Shown here one piece after another: positions 11,662-22,832 of a stretch of DNA of 64,000 nucleotides. Numbering within the stretch: the first letter of the stretch is position 1; each line of letters begins with the position of its first letter. A program made the translations under genes and the position numbers. The notes beneath the pieces are model-generated. The model was given only the letters and a program-made list of their open reading frames with translations. It did not search any database and was not told where the DNA came from. The stretch comes from a virus (Duplodnaviria > Caudoviricetes): IMG/VR virus record IMGVR_UViG_2710264778_000001, positions 128,001 through 192,000 of that record; one strand, given 5' to 3'.

Positions 11662-14322
11662 ATGTCAATTACAAAAATTAAACTTGGAAGTCTATTTATG
11701 AATAACTCCGCTGTACTTTTTGATACGGAAACTCCAGTTCAATATATAGATAATGCAACATTAGAATTAAAAAATGAAGTTACTAATTCTGCATACAATA
11801 TAGAATGGGTATCTTTTTCAGATGGAGTAAAAGAATTTTTATTATCAACTAGAAATATATTAACAAATATAAATTATGATACACTTAACATCCGTGCTTT
11901 TATTTCTGGAAATACAATAGTGACATTAAATTCTATAAAGTATAAGGTGAGACTATTAAGCACAGACGAATGGGATAAATATATTTGTAATTCAGCTAAT
12001 TTTACAAATTTATTATCGCCTACTACACAGGACAAAACAACAGGAGCATATACAGATAATACAATAGTGTCTAGTGACAGTAATACGTTATGGCATTGGT
12101 GGAAAATATCTAGTTTAACTCAAACTTTATCTGGAAATAATGTGGTTATACGTGGTAGTTCAACAATTAATGGAACAAATACAATTGATAAAAGCAATAA
12201 AAACGCAAATGTGGGTTTGCGTTTGCTTTTAGAAAAATATAATTCACCACCTACAATCAGCATTTCAAATTCAACACTAGGAAGTTTTTCGCAAAATTTT
12301 ACACTTCCATATACAGTAACTGATCCTGAGAATGATTTATTTAATGTGGTAGAACAATTAGATGGTATTACTATTAAAGAACTTAATAATCAAACTAGTA
12401 AAACTGAATTTACATTAACACTAGCTAATCAATGGAGTAATCTATCAGTAGGTAGACATGTTATAAATATATCTGTCACTGATAGCTATGATAATAATGT
12501 AACCAGACAATTAATATTTAATAAAATTGCAGTAGATAGTGGAACATCCGCGAACTTGACAAGACCTGTCATAATATTACCAATTAACTCTTCATCATTA
12601 AGGCCAATAGATGCAACAATAGATAACATAGTTAATTTTACTGTAACAGGAGGAGAACTATTCTACTCAAATGAAATAAATATAATATTAAATAGTTCTC
12701 AATCTTTAGTTTATAGTAAAAAAACAGAAAGTTTCGAATCTTCTATTACAGTGCCCAAAAATGTTTTAACTAATGGTAATGTATATCAAATTAAAATACG
12801 TACATATAATTCATTAGGTCAATATAGTGCTTGGTCAGATTCAGTATTAGTAAAAACTTTAACACCACCAGAGTTAATAATAACTTCTATTATAAATGGT
12901 AAAGTTGAAAGTCCTAATCCATTAATTATTGCTACTTATCATCAAGAAGAAAATGATAGCCTATATAAATATACATATAATTTATATAAAGATGGTGCTT
13001 TGATTGATAGTAGTGGTGTCTTATTTGATAATCTCTTACAATATCAATTTACTAATTTAGAAAACAAAACAACATATGTTGTAGAGTTAAAAGTAGAAAC
13101 TAGTAGTAATATGGAATATTCAATTTTCCAAGAATTCTATTGTATTTATCTACAATCAAAATTACCAGCAGTAATGAAGACAAGTAATGATTATAGGACT
13201 GGTTCTGTAAAAATAACAACATATGTTAGACAAATACTTGGTAGATTAGAAAGTGGAGATAAAATAACATATATAGATGGAGAATGGGCAGACATGCACA
13301 ATTCGGTTGCTATTTGGGATGCAGAATCTGCATTTAGATTAACAGGAAATTGGACTTGTAAAATATGGGCAAGAGATTTAGAAGATAATGGAGTAATGTT
13401 GATTAAATTTACTTTTGATGATGAAACATATGTTGAGTTAACTAGATGGTCAAATACATTTTACTTATCAAAATATGTAGCAGGTATAAAGCTATACGAA
13501 TTACATTCTACAATTCAAGGTGATATATTGTCTACAGATGAATTATACTTTTATATTCAAAATGATATTAATTTAGGGTTAATGAATTTCGATGCAAAAA
13601 GAATAACTGCTGGTAGAACAACATGGTTTATACCTAGTCATATAGAGGATAATCAACCACCATATTATACTGAAGGTGGATTTTTAACTAATTTTCAAGA
13701 TGATTTAAAAAATTTATTTGTTGATAACAAAATTAATGAAGAAAACATGAAAGTATATATTCCTACAATTGATGAAATGTTAAATGCAAATACAACATCG
13801 GCATTAGGCAAAGCAACAATAGGAACTATGTTGTTAAACTCTTCAAGTTACATAGAGTTAAAAGCAGATAAACCATATTTTACAAGAACTATAGACAATG
13901 TTGATAATTCAAAATTAAAAATATTTAATATAGATGGAACTATTGGAAGTGCGTTTCCAAATGAAAAATTGGGTGTTAGATTCGTTATAAAAATCCCTAA
14001 TACTGTAAAAGTAACAAATTTTAAAGATTCTATTGATAATTGCTACTTTATATCTATAAATGTTTTGAATCTATTTACAATTCGAAATATAGGTGAGTTA
14101 AATATTGGAGATAAGATAAAATCGTACTCAATAAAATATAATAATCAATTGATAAAGTTTACTGTATTAGCTAAAGAAAATGGTACAGTTTCTTTATTGT
14201 CAGATGTAATTAATACTTTAAAAGAATTTGATATATCTGAATCAAATTATATACATGGGAATACAGATTGGAATTTAAGTAACATAAAACAATGGTTAAA
14301 TTCTAATATAAAAATAGGCTAG
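11662..14322 (+). CDS. Tail protein with Ig/Fn3-like and DUF6273-like segments
   Basis: Beta-rich repeats such as 'YQIKIRTYNSLGQYSAWSD'; 'SNIKQWLNS' motif. Confidence 0.55.
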   Translation: MSITKIKLGSLFMNNSAVLFDTETPVQYIDNATLELKNEVTNSAYNIEWVSFSDGVKEFLLSTRNILTNINYDTLNIRAFISGNTIVTLNSIKYKVRLLSTDEWDKYICNSANFTNLLSPTTQDKTTGAYTDNTIVSSDSNTLWHWWKISSLTQTLSGNNVVIRGSSTINGTNTIDKSNKNANVGLRLLLEKYNSPPTISISNSTLGSFSQNFTLPYTVTDPENDLFNVVEQLDGITIKELNNQTSKTEFTLTLANQWSNLSVGRHVINISVTDSYDNNVTRQLIFNKIAVDSGTSANLTRPVIILPINSSSLRPIDATIDNIVNFTVTGGELFYSNEINIILNSSQSLVYSKKTESFESSITVPKNVLTNGNVYQIKIRTYNSLGQYSAWSDSVLVKTLTPPELIITSIINGKVESPNPLIIATYHQEENDSLYKYTYNLYKDGALIDSSGVLFDNLLQYQFTNLENKTTYVVELKVETSSNMEYSIFQEFYCIYLQSKLPAVMKTSNDYRTGSVKITTYVRQILGRLESGDKITYIDGEWADMHNSVAIWDAESAFRLTGNWTCKIWARDLEDNGVMLIKFTFDDETYVELTRWSNTFYLSKYVAGIKLYELHSTIQGDILSTDELYFYIQNDINLGLMNFDAKRITAGRTTWFIPSHIEDNQPPYYTEGGFLTNFQDDLKNLFVDNKINEENMKVYIPTIDEMLNANTTSALGKATIGTMLLNSSSYIELKADKPYFTRTIDNVDNSKLKIFNIDGTIGSAFPNEKLGVRFVIKIPNTVKVTNFKDSIDNCYFISINVLNLFTIRNIGELNIGDKIKSYSIKYNNQLIKFTVLAKENGTVSLLSDVINTLKEFDISESNYIHGNTDWNLSNIKQWLNSNIKIG

Positions 14323-14368
14323 GCGAAAAAATCTTAGTCTATTTTTATATATAAATATAGAGGAGGAA

Positions 14369-16813
14369 ATGAGAATGGCAACAAATATGACAGACACAGA
14401 TGCATTAAGATATTCAAGTTTTACAACTGACGAAAATCTAACACCTGATGATTTCATTTTATATAAAGATATAGATAAAGATCATAAAGATATGATAAAA
14501 AGATATTATACCCTTAAGGATAAAACTTTTATTACTGATACAGAAAAATTGGAAATGACACAACTATTGACTAATTTAGAAGAATATATGATTACAAGTG
14601 ATGCATTTAACAAGTTATGCGCATGTGTTAGAACAATGCAAATGTTTATGAGAGATGGTATAGTAATTTTTATAGATCAACAAAAATCAGAATTAATAGA
14701 ACTAATGCAAAGTTATAAAAAAGTTGGCATATGGAGCAGTGAAATATCATATAAAATTGGAAATGTAGTTACCTATAGTGGATATTCATTTTTAAGTAAG
14801 ATAGGGAATAACTTAAATAATCCCCCAAATATAGAAGCTACTGAAGATGATTATTGGTTAAAGTTAACAATTAAAGGAGATAAAGGTGATCCTAGCTTAA
14901 ATATATCTATAAAAAAAGGTACTGATGGTTCTGCAAATTATGATAATACAGTTCTTTACAATACAGGTGATGCTTGCATATATGAACACAGATTATATTA
15001 TGCTTTAGTGAATGGAATTATTGGAATTACGCCTACAGATAATACAAAATGGGCATGTGCAGACAAAGTAGTAGTAGACGCAAAAGAACCAACAGACCAA
15101 TATGTTGTTTGGTGGGATACAAGTTCTGGTAATAATACTTTTAAAAGATATAATAATAATACAAATATATGGACAGAACAAAGTATAAAAGGCATGAATG
15201 TATCCTTGATAGATAATGGAAATAAATTTGTGAATAAAAATGTTGAAGGAGCATTAAGTCAATTGGCGACCAATAGTATTCCTTATGCTGTAACAACTGG
15301 TTTAACTAATAATTATTCGATAACATTGAATCCAGCTCCAAGTTTTTATTTTGATGGAATGCCTATATGTGTAAAAATAAATGTATCTAGTACAGGAGCG
15401 AGCACAATAAATGTTAATAATCTAGGCGCAAAAGCTATTAAAAAGGCTAATGGCAATAATGTTACTAATTTAATTGCTGGATCAATATATACAATGAGGT
15501 ACAATGGAACAAATTTTATCTTGCAGGGTGAGGGTGGAAGTGGAAATGCCATGCCATCAGATCTTCGCTCTGGGAAAATAGCTTCAACAGACAATGGAGA
15601 TATTGTAGGGACAGCTCCAGAACAACCTTCTGCAACTTATATTGTTGGAACGAGCGATCAGATTATTGCTTCAGGGAAAATACTTTCAGGTAATCAAATA
15701 ATAAAAGGGTATCCAGATTTGATACCACAAAACGTAGCTGAAGGTAAAAGGATAGGAAACATTGTTGGTGAGTTGCTTGTATTAGATATAAACAAAGGTG
15801 GAGTGTTGGTTGGGATACCATCTTTAAATATTGGGGAAACAATATTGGATGTTATAAAAATAGAAGATAATAATTTTTATTATGTTGATAAAAATTATTC
15901 TATAAAGTACTTTGATTATAAACCCAGAAAAATCACTACAGTTTCAAACGTATCTGTACTTAACCCCTATAGTGGAAGTTTTATTGATTCTGGTGTATTG
16001 AAAGGGGTAACTAAAGATTATTATATAATTGGCACTCTTATTTTAGATAAAAATTTTAATCTAATTCGTAATTTAGCTGATATTAATAGTAATTTAAAGA
16101 ATTTTAAATATGACGTTATAATAGATCCATATGATAATTTGAATAATAGGATTTATATAAAAATATATTTTATATATAGTGGATCGGGATATCAGTATAA
16201 TTCTGAATCAATAATATCATATGATATTGATACGAATACATCTAGATCGATAGCATCAGTTGGTACTGGAAGTGGATGGGGATCTGTTTCAACTGTATTC
16301 AAAAACAGAGTTATAGTTGGAAATGATGTAAGTGATAGTGATAGTGATGTATATAAAATTATATATACTGCGCGGGATATAGATACAGGCGACACTATTA
16401 CACTAAAAACAGATCAATGGATTAATAGTAGGCATACCCAACAAAATCAATTACATACAAAATATTACACATGTACAAACTCAAAGAGACTAGTTGAATT
16501 AGCATGGTCTAAAGAAGATACAACAGGAACAAATACACATGATAATGTTATATATATGGCATATACAGTATATAATGATTATGGAAATGGATATTATAGT
16601 TTCAGGTCACCAATTTATAATGATTATGGTGATGCGGTTGAAATCGGGAAATTAGCCAAAATCGTATATAATAACAATATTGAAACATATATAGATAAAG
16701 ATATGTTTACATTAAGAAGTTCGACAATGAAAACAAGTCTAGGTGAAACATATTTAGCTTTTAGTAAAAATTTTATTATATGTTCTTCGGGAAATCTATA
16801 TTTATATAATTAA
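14369..16813 (+). CDS. Tail fibre / receptor-binding protein
   Basis: Carbohydrate-binding-like 'WSSEISYKIGNVVTYSG' repeats; short KGDKGD motif; clostridial fibre segment 'YNGTNFILQGEGG'. Confidence 0.6.
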   Translation: MRMATNMTDTDALRYSSFTTDENLTPDDFILYKDIDKDHKDMIKRYYTLKDKTFITDTEKLEMTQLLTNLEEYMITSDAFNKLCACVRTMQMFMRDGIVIFIDQQKSELIELMQSYKKVGIWSSEISYKIGNVVTYSGYSFLSKIGNNLNNPPNIEATEDDYWLKLTIKGDKGDPSLNISIKKGTDGSANYDNTVLYNTGDACIYEHRLYYALVNGIIGITPTDNTKWACADKVVVDAKEPTDQYVVWWDTSSGNNTFKRYNNNTNIWTEQSIKGMNVSLIDNGNKFVNKNVEGALSQLATNSIPYAVTTGLTNNYSITLNPAPSFYFDGMPICVKINVSSTGASTINVNNLGAKAIKKANGNNVTNLIAGSIYTMRYNGTNFILQGEGGSGNAMPSDLRSGKIASTDNGDIVGTAPEQPSATYIVGTSDQIIASGKILSGNQIIKGYPDLIPQNVAEGKRIGNIVGELLVLDINKGGVLVGIPSLNIGETILDVIKIEDNNFYYVDKNYSIKYFDYKPRKITTVSNVSVLNPYSGSFIDSGVLKGVTKDYYIIGTLILDKNFNLIRNLADINSNLKNFKYDVIIDPYDNLNNRIYIKIYFIYSGSGYQYNSESIISYDIDTNTSRSIASVGTGSGWGSVSTVFKNRVIVGNDVSDSDSDVYKIIYTARDIDTGDTITLKTDQWINSRHTQQNQLHTKYYTCTNSKRLVELAWSKEDTTGTNTHDNVIYMAYTVYNDYGNGYYSFRSPIYNDYGDAVEIGKLAKIVYNNNIETYIDKDMFTLRSSTMKTSLGETYLAFSKNFIICSSGNLYLYN

Positions 16814-16854
16814 AAACAATGAATTATACATTATATTAGGAGGTGAAATAGTTT

Positions 16855-17769
16855 ATGTTTCTGAATATGGAAGGATTTAATGACGGTTCTCCTTTTCTAT
16901 GGAATTGTTATACTGTACCAAAAGTAGATGCTATAAGAGTTTCAAATGGTATATATGATGAAATAAAAATAGATGAAACTTTAGATATAGAAAATTCTAT
17001 AGAAAAAGATGTATGGACTTTGGACACAGCCTTTGATGCTAAATTCCAAAATAATTTAGAAGCTGGCAATATAGGAAGTGGACTGCCAATTCAATACATT
17101 AGATTTAAACGTAGAAAAGTTGGTGAATTAAACTGGGAAGTGATGGTGGATGTTCCATTTGATAAAAATATTGAAAATTATGATATTATAGATTACTTGA
17201 TAGAAAATGCTGTAGATATTGAATATTGCTTAGTACCTCTTGTTCAGTTTATTGAAGGACAAGGGGTATCAAGTATAGTAACAACAGATTATAAAAGCTT
17301 GTTTTTAACTGGAAGAGATGAAAGCAATATATTACAGAATTATCCTTTACGATTTGATGAAAAAGCAAGTGATATAACAATAAATATGGATAAAACTATA
17401 CAAAAAACTCTTTCAAGCAAGTATCCAGCAATTCTCTGTGGTGAAAGTCAATATTTGAGTGGAAGTATTGCAGTAAAATTAGTTAGTCCTACAACTGAGG
17501 ATAATCAAGGGAGAATTGATATGAAAGCAGAAAAAGCATATCGAGAATCTTTCGAGACATTTATTTCTAGTGGACATCCAATTTTAATTAGAAATCACTC
17601 AATGTATATTTTAGGAACAATTCAAGAGCCAAAGAAAAATCCAGCTTTTGATGAAGAAGTAGCATTTGGTATTTATGATTATACTATGGCTTTTACCGAA
17701 GTAAACAATGCTAAAGATTTAGAAGTACTAAAAAGCAACGGATTAGTTTATACGGTTACAACAAATTAA
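16855..17769 (+). CDS. Tail/baseplate structural protein
   Basis: ORF with RBS inside the tail module. Confidence 0.5.
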   Translation: MFLNMEGFNDGSPFLWNCYTVPKVDAIRVSNGIYDEIKIDETLDIENSIEKDVWTLDTAFDAKFQNNLEAGNIGSGLPIQYIRFKRRKVGELNWEVMVDVPFDKNIENYDIIDYLIENAVDIEYCLVPLVQFIEGQGVSSIVTTDYKSLFLTGRDESNILQNYPLRFDEKASDITINMDKTIQKTLSSKYPAILCGESQYLSGSIAVKLVSPTTEDNQGRIDMKAEKAYRESFETFISSGHPILIRNHSMYILGTIQEPKKNPAFDEEVAFGIYDYTMAFTEVNNAKDLEVLKSNGLVYTVTTN

Positions 17770-17795
17770 AATTTAACAATAAAGGAGGTTAAATA

Positions 17796-20633
17796 ATGAC
17801 ATTATCCTTAAATAAGATAAATAAAAAAAATGGTGAACTTTTTACTGAAAATGATGTAAATAAAATAGATATAAATATGCAGATGATTCAAGACATGGTT
17901 AACACTTTACCAACATCAGCAGTAAAAGAAGTGATATCTAGTGAAATTAATGGGAATATAGTTGTAGATGGTGTTGAAACACAAGTTTATGTTCATCCTA
18001 GTGGAACCAATCCGCATGGTACAACTAAAACTGATGTTGGATTAGGTAATGTGGATAATACAAGTGATTTATCTAAACCAATTTCAACATCAACACAAAA
18101 TGCTTTAGATGAAAAAGTAGATAAAATTGTAGGTAAACAATTATCAACTGAGGATTATACAACTATTGAAAAGAATAAACTAGCTAACTTATTTAATTAT
18201 GATCATACAAATGTCGATAATCATATGGCTAACACAATAATACATGTTACTCAAGCTGACAAAGATTTATATTCTGATAAATATACAAAAAATGAAGTTG
18301 ACAATAAAATAAGTGCAGTAGTAACCAGTCTAGATTACAAGGAGCATGTGGCGACATTTGATGATTTAAATACTATCTATACAAACGCTCAAGAAGGTTG
18401 GACAGTAAGTGTAGACGATGATAATATTACTTATAAATATAGTGACGGGACTTGGATTCCTATTAGTGCAAATTCTATTCCTTTAGCTTCATCTAGCGTT
18501 GATGGCAAAATGTCAAAACAAGATAAAATAAAAGTTGATTCTATTACAGGAACAAACACAGGAGACGAAACACAAAATACAATAAAGACAAAGCTTGGAA
18601 GTGCTTCAAATTCTAGTGATGGTTATTTAACATCTACTGATTGGAATACTTTTAATAATAAAGCTAAAGTTAATGATATTTTATCAACTTCAATAAATGA
18701 CACATATTCAATAGATAAAATAGTATCATTATTAGCTAATAAACAAAATAAAATATATTTACAAAATACTCAACCGACTGATTTAGTTGATAAATTATTA
18801 TGGATACAAACAGGAATTACTCCATTATTGTTTTGGGAATATGATTCATCTACTACAAGTTTTAAACAAATTGGTTCTTCTGGTGGAGGTATAAGTATTG
18901 ATGACTGGATAAGTGGACAAAATTATAACCTAAAAGATTTTGTGATCAATAACTTAAATCTTTTTAGATGTAAAGTAGCAAATTCAGATACGAATTTTGA
19001 TTCTAGTAAATGGGATGAAATAGGAGGCGGATCTAGTTCAGGTGCAAGTGGAGTTGGACAAAGCACTGGTGGAATTGGTTCAGAAATTTTTAATGACTAT
19101 GTAAATAATACGATAAGTGGACAATATTCTCATGCAGAAGGTACACATAATATAATTAATGGTGATGTATCACATGTGGAAGGGAAAAATAATGTAATAA
19201 ACGCACCGAATTCTCATATATCAGGAACTTATAATTTAATTACCCCTGATATTAGTTCTCCAATAGCAGTAGTTGACACTCCATCTGCTACAGCAACAAG
19301 TATTTTTATTGTCAATACTGTTAGTGGTTTTACAGTTGGACAACAGGTTTGGACTTTTTCTTTAGCAGGAAATGGTCATAACAAGGCATCTATAACAGCA
19401 ATTGATACTACTACTAAAAAAATAACCTTAGATAGTTCCTTAGTATATTTAAAATATATAATTGGAATAACAAACAATAATGATGCAATGATAAATACGA
19501 TAGATGGTGGACAAAATTTACTTATTGGTAAATATTCAAAAATTTCAGGGTATCAAAATTATGGTAAAGCATTATACACTGAAATTGGAGGATACAATAA
19601 TACAGTTACTGCTGATTATGTGCATGTAAAAGGTTTTAATAATAAAGCACTAACACAATTTTCACATATAGAAGGGTATGGAAATTTGATACAATCTGGT
19701 TCAAATTCTCATCTTGAAGGAAATAATAATATTGCTAATGGAGAGTCTATTCACATTGAGGGTACAAGTAATCAGGTGACAGGAGCATATTCAAATGCAG
19801 AAGGGGCATACAATTTGATAAACTCATCTTATTCATCAGCATATGGTTACTATAACATAACCAATAATCTAGGATCGACTGTAATGGGACAGTATTGTAA
19901 AACTCCAGTTCAATATAACAATGGGACATCTTTTAGTTCATCTGCCGATGCCCTAACTATTGGCTGTGGAACATCTGATACGTCAAGAGCTAATGCTTTT
20001 AGAGCTACATTTGCTGGTAAATTATACTGTTTGCAAGCATATTCTTCAACAGGCGCGGATTATGCTGAATGGTTTGAATGGTTAGATGATAACGAATTAA
20101 GTGAAGATAGAGTTGGTAAGTTTGTAACATTAATTGGAGATAGAATCAGAATAGCAAATTCAACTGATGATTATATATTGGGAATAGTTTCAGGAAATCC
20201 TTCTGTTATTGGAGATGCGCAAGATGATAGTTGGGTAGATATGTATGTAAGAGATGAGTTTGGACGATTACAATATGAAGACGTTGAAGTTGAAGCAGTA
20301 ACTAAAGTCATCCCAGAAATTTCAGAAATAATTGATGGTGAAAAAGTAATAATAAAACCTGAAGAAAAAATAGTTATTAAGCCAGCAGGAATAGAGCATA
20401 GAATAAAGCTAAATCCAGAATATGATTCATCAAAAGAATATATTCCTAGAAGCCAACGAAAAGAATGGAGTTGTGTAGGAATGATGGGAAAATTAATTGT
20501 TTATGATGATGGCACTTGTGAGGTTAATGGTTATTGTAAATCTGGTGATAATGGAATTGCAACAAAATCGGAGAGTGGATATAGGGTTATGAAAAGAGTA
20601 TCTAATAATATAGTTCAAGTATTGGTTAAATAA
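17796..20633 (+). CDS. Tail spike/fibre with beta-helix and C-terminal peptidase G2-type autocleaving chaperone domain
   Basis: 'NPHGTTKTDVGLGNVDNTSD'; SHAEG/HIEG repeats; 'GADYAEWFEW...VGMMGKL'. Confidence 0.75.
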   Translation: MTLSLNKINKKNGELFTENDVNKIDINMQMIQDMVNTLPTSAVKEVISSEINGNIVVDGVETQVYVHPSGTNPHGTTKTDVGLGNVDNTSDLSKPISTSTQNALDEKVDKIVGKQLSTEDYTTIEKNKLANLFNYDHTNVDNHMANTIIHVTQADKDLYSDKYTKNEVDNKISAVVTSLDYKEHVATFDDLNTIYTNAQEGWTVSVDDDNITYKYSDGTWIPISANSIPLASSSVDGKMSKQDKIKVDSITGTNTGDETQNTIKTKLGSASNSSDGYLTSTDWNTFNNKAKVNDILSTSINDTYSIDKIVSLLANKQNKIYLQNTQPTDLVDKLLWIQTGITPLLFWEYDSSTTSFKQIGSSGGGISIDDWISGQNYNLKDFVINNLNLFRCKVANSDTNFDSSKWDEIGGGSSSGASGVGQSTGGIGSEIFNDYVNNTISGQYSHAEGTHNIINGDVSHVEGKNNVINAPNSHISGTYNLITPDISSPIAVVDTPSATATSIFIVNTVSGFTVGQQVWTFSLAGNGHNKASITAIDTTTKKITLDSSLVYLKYIIGITNNNDAMINTIDGGQNLLIGKYSKISGYQNYGKALYTEIGGYNNTVTADYVHVKGFNNKALTQFSHIEGYGNLIQSGSNSHLEGNNNIANGESIHIEGTSNQVTGAYSNAEGAYNLINSSYSSAYGYYNITNNLGSTVMGQYCKTPVQYNNGTSFSSSADALTIGCGTSDTSRANAFRATFAGKLYCLQAYSSTGADYAEWFEWLDDNELSEDRVGKFVTLIGDRIRIANSTDDYILGIVSGNPSVIGDAQDDSWVDMYVRDEFGRLQYEDVEVEAVTKVIPEISEIIDGEKVIIKPEEKIVIKPAGIEHRIKLNPEYDSSKEYIPRSQRKEWSCVGMMGKLIVYDDGTCEVNGYCKSGDNGIATKSESGYRVMKRVSNNIVQVLVK
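18705..18755 (+). repeat. 51-bp exact direct repeat, copy 1 (copy 2 at 27321-27371)
   Basis: TATTCAATAGATAAAATAGTATCATTATTAGCTAATAAACAAAATAAAATA present in two fibre genes. Confidence 0.9.
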
Positions 20634-20653
20634 ATAAAAAAGGAGACGATAAT

Positions 20654-21688
20654 ATGGGATATATTAAAGGGATTGATATATCAAATAATGATGGACAAGT
20701 AGATTTTAGTAAAATTGCTAATGATGGTGTTCAATATGTGTACTTGAAGGCCACAGAAGGCAAATCATTTAAAGATAGTTATATGGATGGCTTTTATAAT
20801 GGAGCTAAAGCACAAGGTTTAAAGCTAGGTTCATATCATTTTTTGGTTGGTACTAGCAGTCCCGAAGAACAAGCACAGAATTTTTATATTAAAATTAAAG
20901 ACTATAGTTGGGATCTAGTACCTATGATGGATATTGAAACGAATTTTGATGGATTATCTGATTATGTTGTAAGATTTATAAATGCATTTAAACAATTAAG
21001 TCCATTACAATTAGGTATATACAGTTATACAGGTTTTATTGATTATATCTCAGATATTAGTGAGACAATTAAAGGTATGCCTTTCTGGGAAGCTAATTAT
21101 AATAATAATCCTTGGTCATTAAAAGATAATTTCTTTACAAATAGAATAGGTCATCAATATACTGAAACAGGTGTTATTAGTGGAGTTAATTGTAATTGTG
21201 ATGTTAATTCTTTTACTGAAGGAGTTCTATTAAATAATACTTCAAAGTCTGGTCAATGGATAACAAATGATAAAGGACAATGGTGGTATAAACATGACGA
21301 TGGAAGTTATACAACTAATGGATGGGAATATATTAACGGTAAATGGTATATGTTCGATTCACAAGGTTGGATGCTTTATGATTGGAAACAGGATGGTAAC
21401 GGATATTGGTATTATCTTGGGGATTCTCAAGACGGTTCAATGAAATCAGGATGGTTATTAAAAAATTCTAAATGGTTCTATCTTGCTGATAATGGTCAAA
21501 TGTTAGTTGGTTGGCAAAAGATAAAAAATAATTGGTATTATTTTTATGAAGATGGAACTATGGCAGTTGGTTGGTTTAAAGATACTAAAGGAAATAGTTA
21601 TCTTACATATTCTACTGGTGAATTAATAACTAATATAGACATCTATAGATATCATTTTGATAAAGATGGACATCCAAATAAATTATAA
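20654..21688 (+). CDS. Endolysin: GH25 muramidase with cell-wall (choline)-binding repeats
   Basis: 'GIDISNNDG..YLKATEG..MMDIE'; repeated 'GW..I.GKWYYF...G.M' units. Confidence 0.9.
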   Translation: MGYIKGIDISNNDGQVDFSKIANDGVQYVYLKATEGKSFKDSYMDGFYNGAKAQGLKLGSYHFLVGTSSPEEQAQNFYIKIKDYSWDLVPMMDIETNFDGLSDYVVRFINAFKQLSPLQLGIYSYTGFIDYISDISETIKGMPFWEANYNNNPWSLKDNFFTNRIGHQYTETGVISGVNCNCDVNSFTEGVLLNNTSKSGQWITNDKGQWWYKHDDGSYTTNGWEYINGKWYMFDSQGWMLYDWKQDGNGYWYYLGDSQDGSMKSGWLLKNSKWFYLADNGQMLVGWQKIKNNWYYFYEDGTMAVGWFKDTKGNSYLTYSTGELITNIDIYRYHFDKDGHPNKL

Positions 21689-21753
21689 AAATAAAATATA
21701 AATAATATAAAGTTATGCCAAAACGTAAAGGCAATTTTAAGGAGGAAAATTTT

Positions 21754-22557
21754 ATGGAAATTTTACAACAACAAACTTCACAAATGTTAGAAATTATTAT
21801 AGGAGGTCTATTCAGTGCATTATTAGCATTTGGACTAGTATATGCAAAAAAAGGATTTGCTTATTTAAAACTAAAAGCTAATTCTATTCAGGATTCAGAT
21901 GCAAGAGCAATAGTTCAGAAAACATTAGACAATCTAGATAAAATATTAATAACTAATATCACATCAGCAGATTCAACTTTAAAACCAATTATATTAAAAG
22001 ATGTTGCTGATGGAAAAGTTACTAAAGATGAATTAAATTCTTTGGCTGATACAGTTAAAAATAATACATTAAAACAATTAGGAAATGATAGTCTCAATGT
22101 ATTAAATGAATCTTTAGGTGATGTTAATGGTTATATATCTAATCGAATGGAAAAATTATTAGCAGATTTGAAAGTTGATGAAACTTCAAGTGTAACTAAA
22201 ACTATAATTCCAGAAATACCTCAAGAAGTAAAAGATACTGAAACTTTAAAAGCACAAAATGCTGAATTAACAAGTCAGTTACAACAATCTCAAACAGAAA
22301 AAGATAGTTTATCTCAACAATTATCAGAGTTACAAGAAGCTAAAAGACTATCAGAACAATCATGGCAAGATTTAGCTAATCAAGTAAGTTCATTATCTAC
22401 TGACAATCAAAATTTAAAAGCTAAATTAGATTCAATAACACAAGTTGTACAACCAATAGTAACAGCTCCAGTAACTCAAGCTGTAGATAATACAAATGCT
22501 ACAGTTGATACAACTCAAATTCAACCAACAGATAATCAAACAACAGTAACACAATAG
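21754..22557 (+). CDS. Holin-like protein with N-terminal TM and C-terminal coiled coil
   Basis: Follows the lysin; TM 'IIIGGLFSALLAFGLVY'; RBS AAGGAGG before ATG 21754. Confidence 0.55.
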   Translation: MEILQQQTSQMLEIIIGGLFSALLAFGLVYAKKGFAYLKLKANSIQDSDARAIVQKTLDNLDKILITNITSADSTLKPIILKDVADGKVTKDELNSLADTVKNNTLKQLGNDSLNVLNESLGDVNGYISNRMEKLLADLKVDETSSVTKTIIPEIPQEVKDTETLKAQNAELTSQLQQSQTEKDSLSQQLSELQEAKRLSEQSWQDLANQVSSLSTDNQNLKAKLDSITQVVQPIVTAPVTQAVDNTNATVDTTQIQPTDNQTTVTQ

Positions 22558-22722
22558 GAATAAAATATAATTAAGAATAGAACTTAAAATCTGAAATTTA
22601 TTGGGATTTTTAATTTTAAGAATGAGACTATGACTGGGTTCTAGGAATTCGGTTATGGTCTTTTTATTATGTTTATTTTTAATTAAGTTCATCCCTTTGG
22701 GTGGATTTATAAAAAATAAAAT

Positions 22723-22786
22723 AACAGATAGATAGGAAGTCATGAGCCTATTGATAAGAAAGGAAATCCTTACCCTTTCTTCTGTT
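22723..22786 (+). ncRNA. Candidate three-stem structured RNA upstream of a GIY-YIG gene
   Basis: AACAGA/TCTGTT encloses GATAGG/CCTATT and AGAAAGG/CCTTTCT. Confidence 0.4.
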
Positions 22787-22832
22787 GTTAAATAAAGTAA
22801 GGAAATATATTAGTGTAAGGAGTAATATAAAA

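Noticed and set aside
22723-22786. Twister or hammerhead ribozyme
   Set aside because: The loop GTCATGAGCC loosely resembles twister L4, but the pseudoknot partners and conserved cores could not be found
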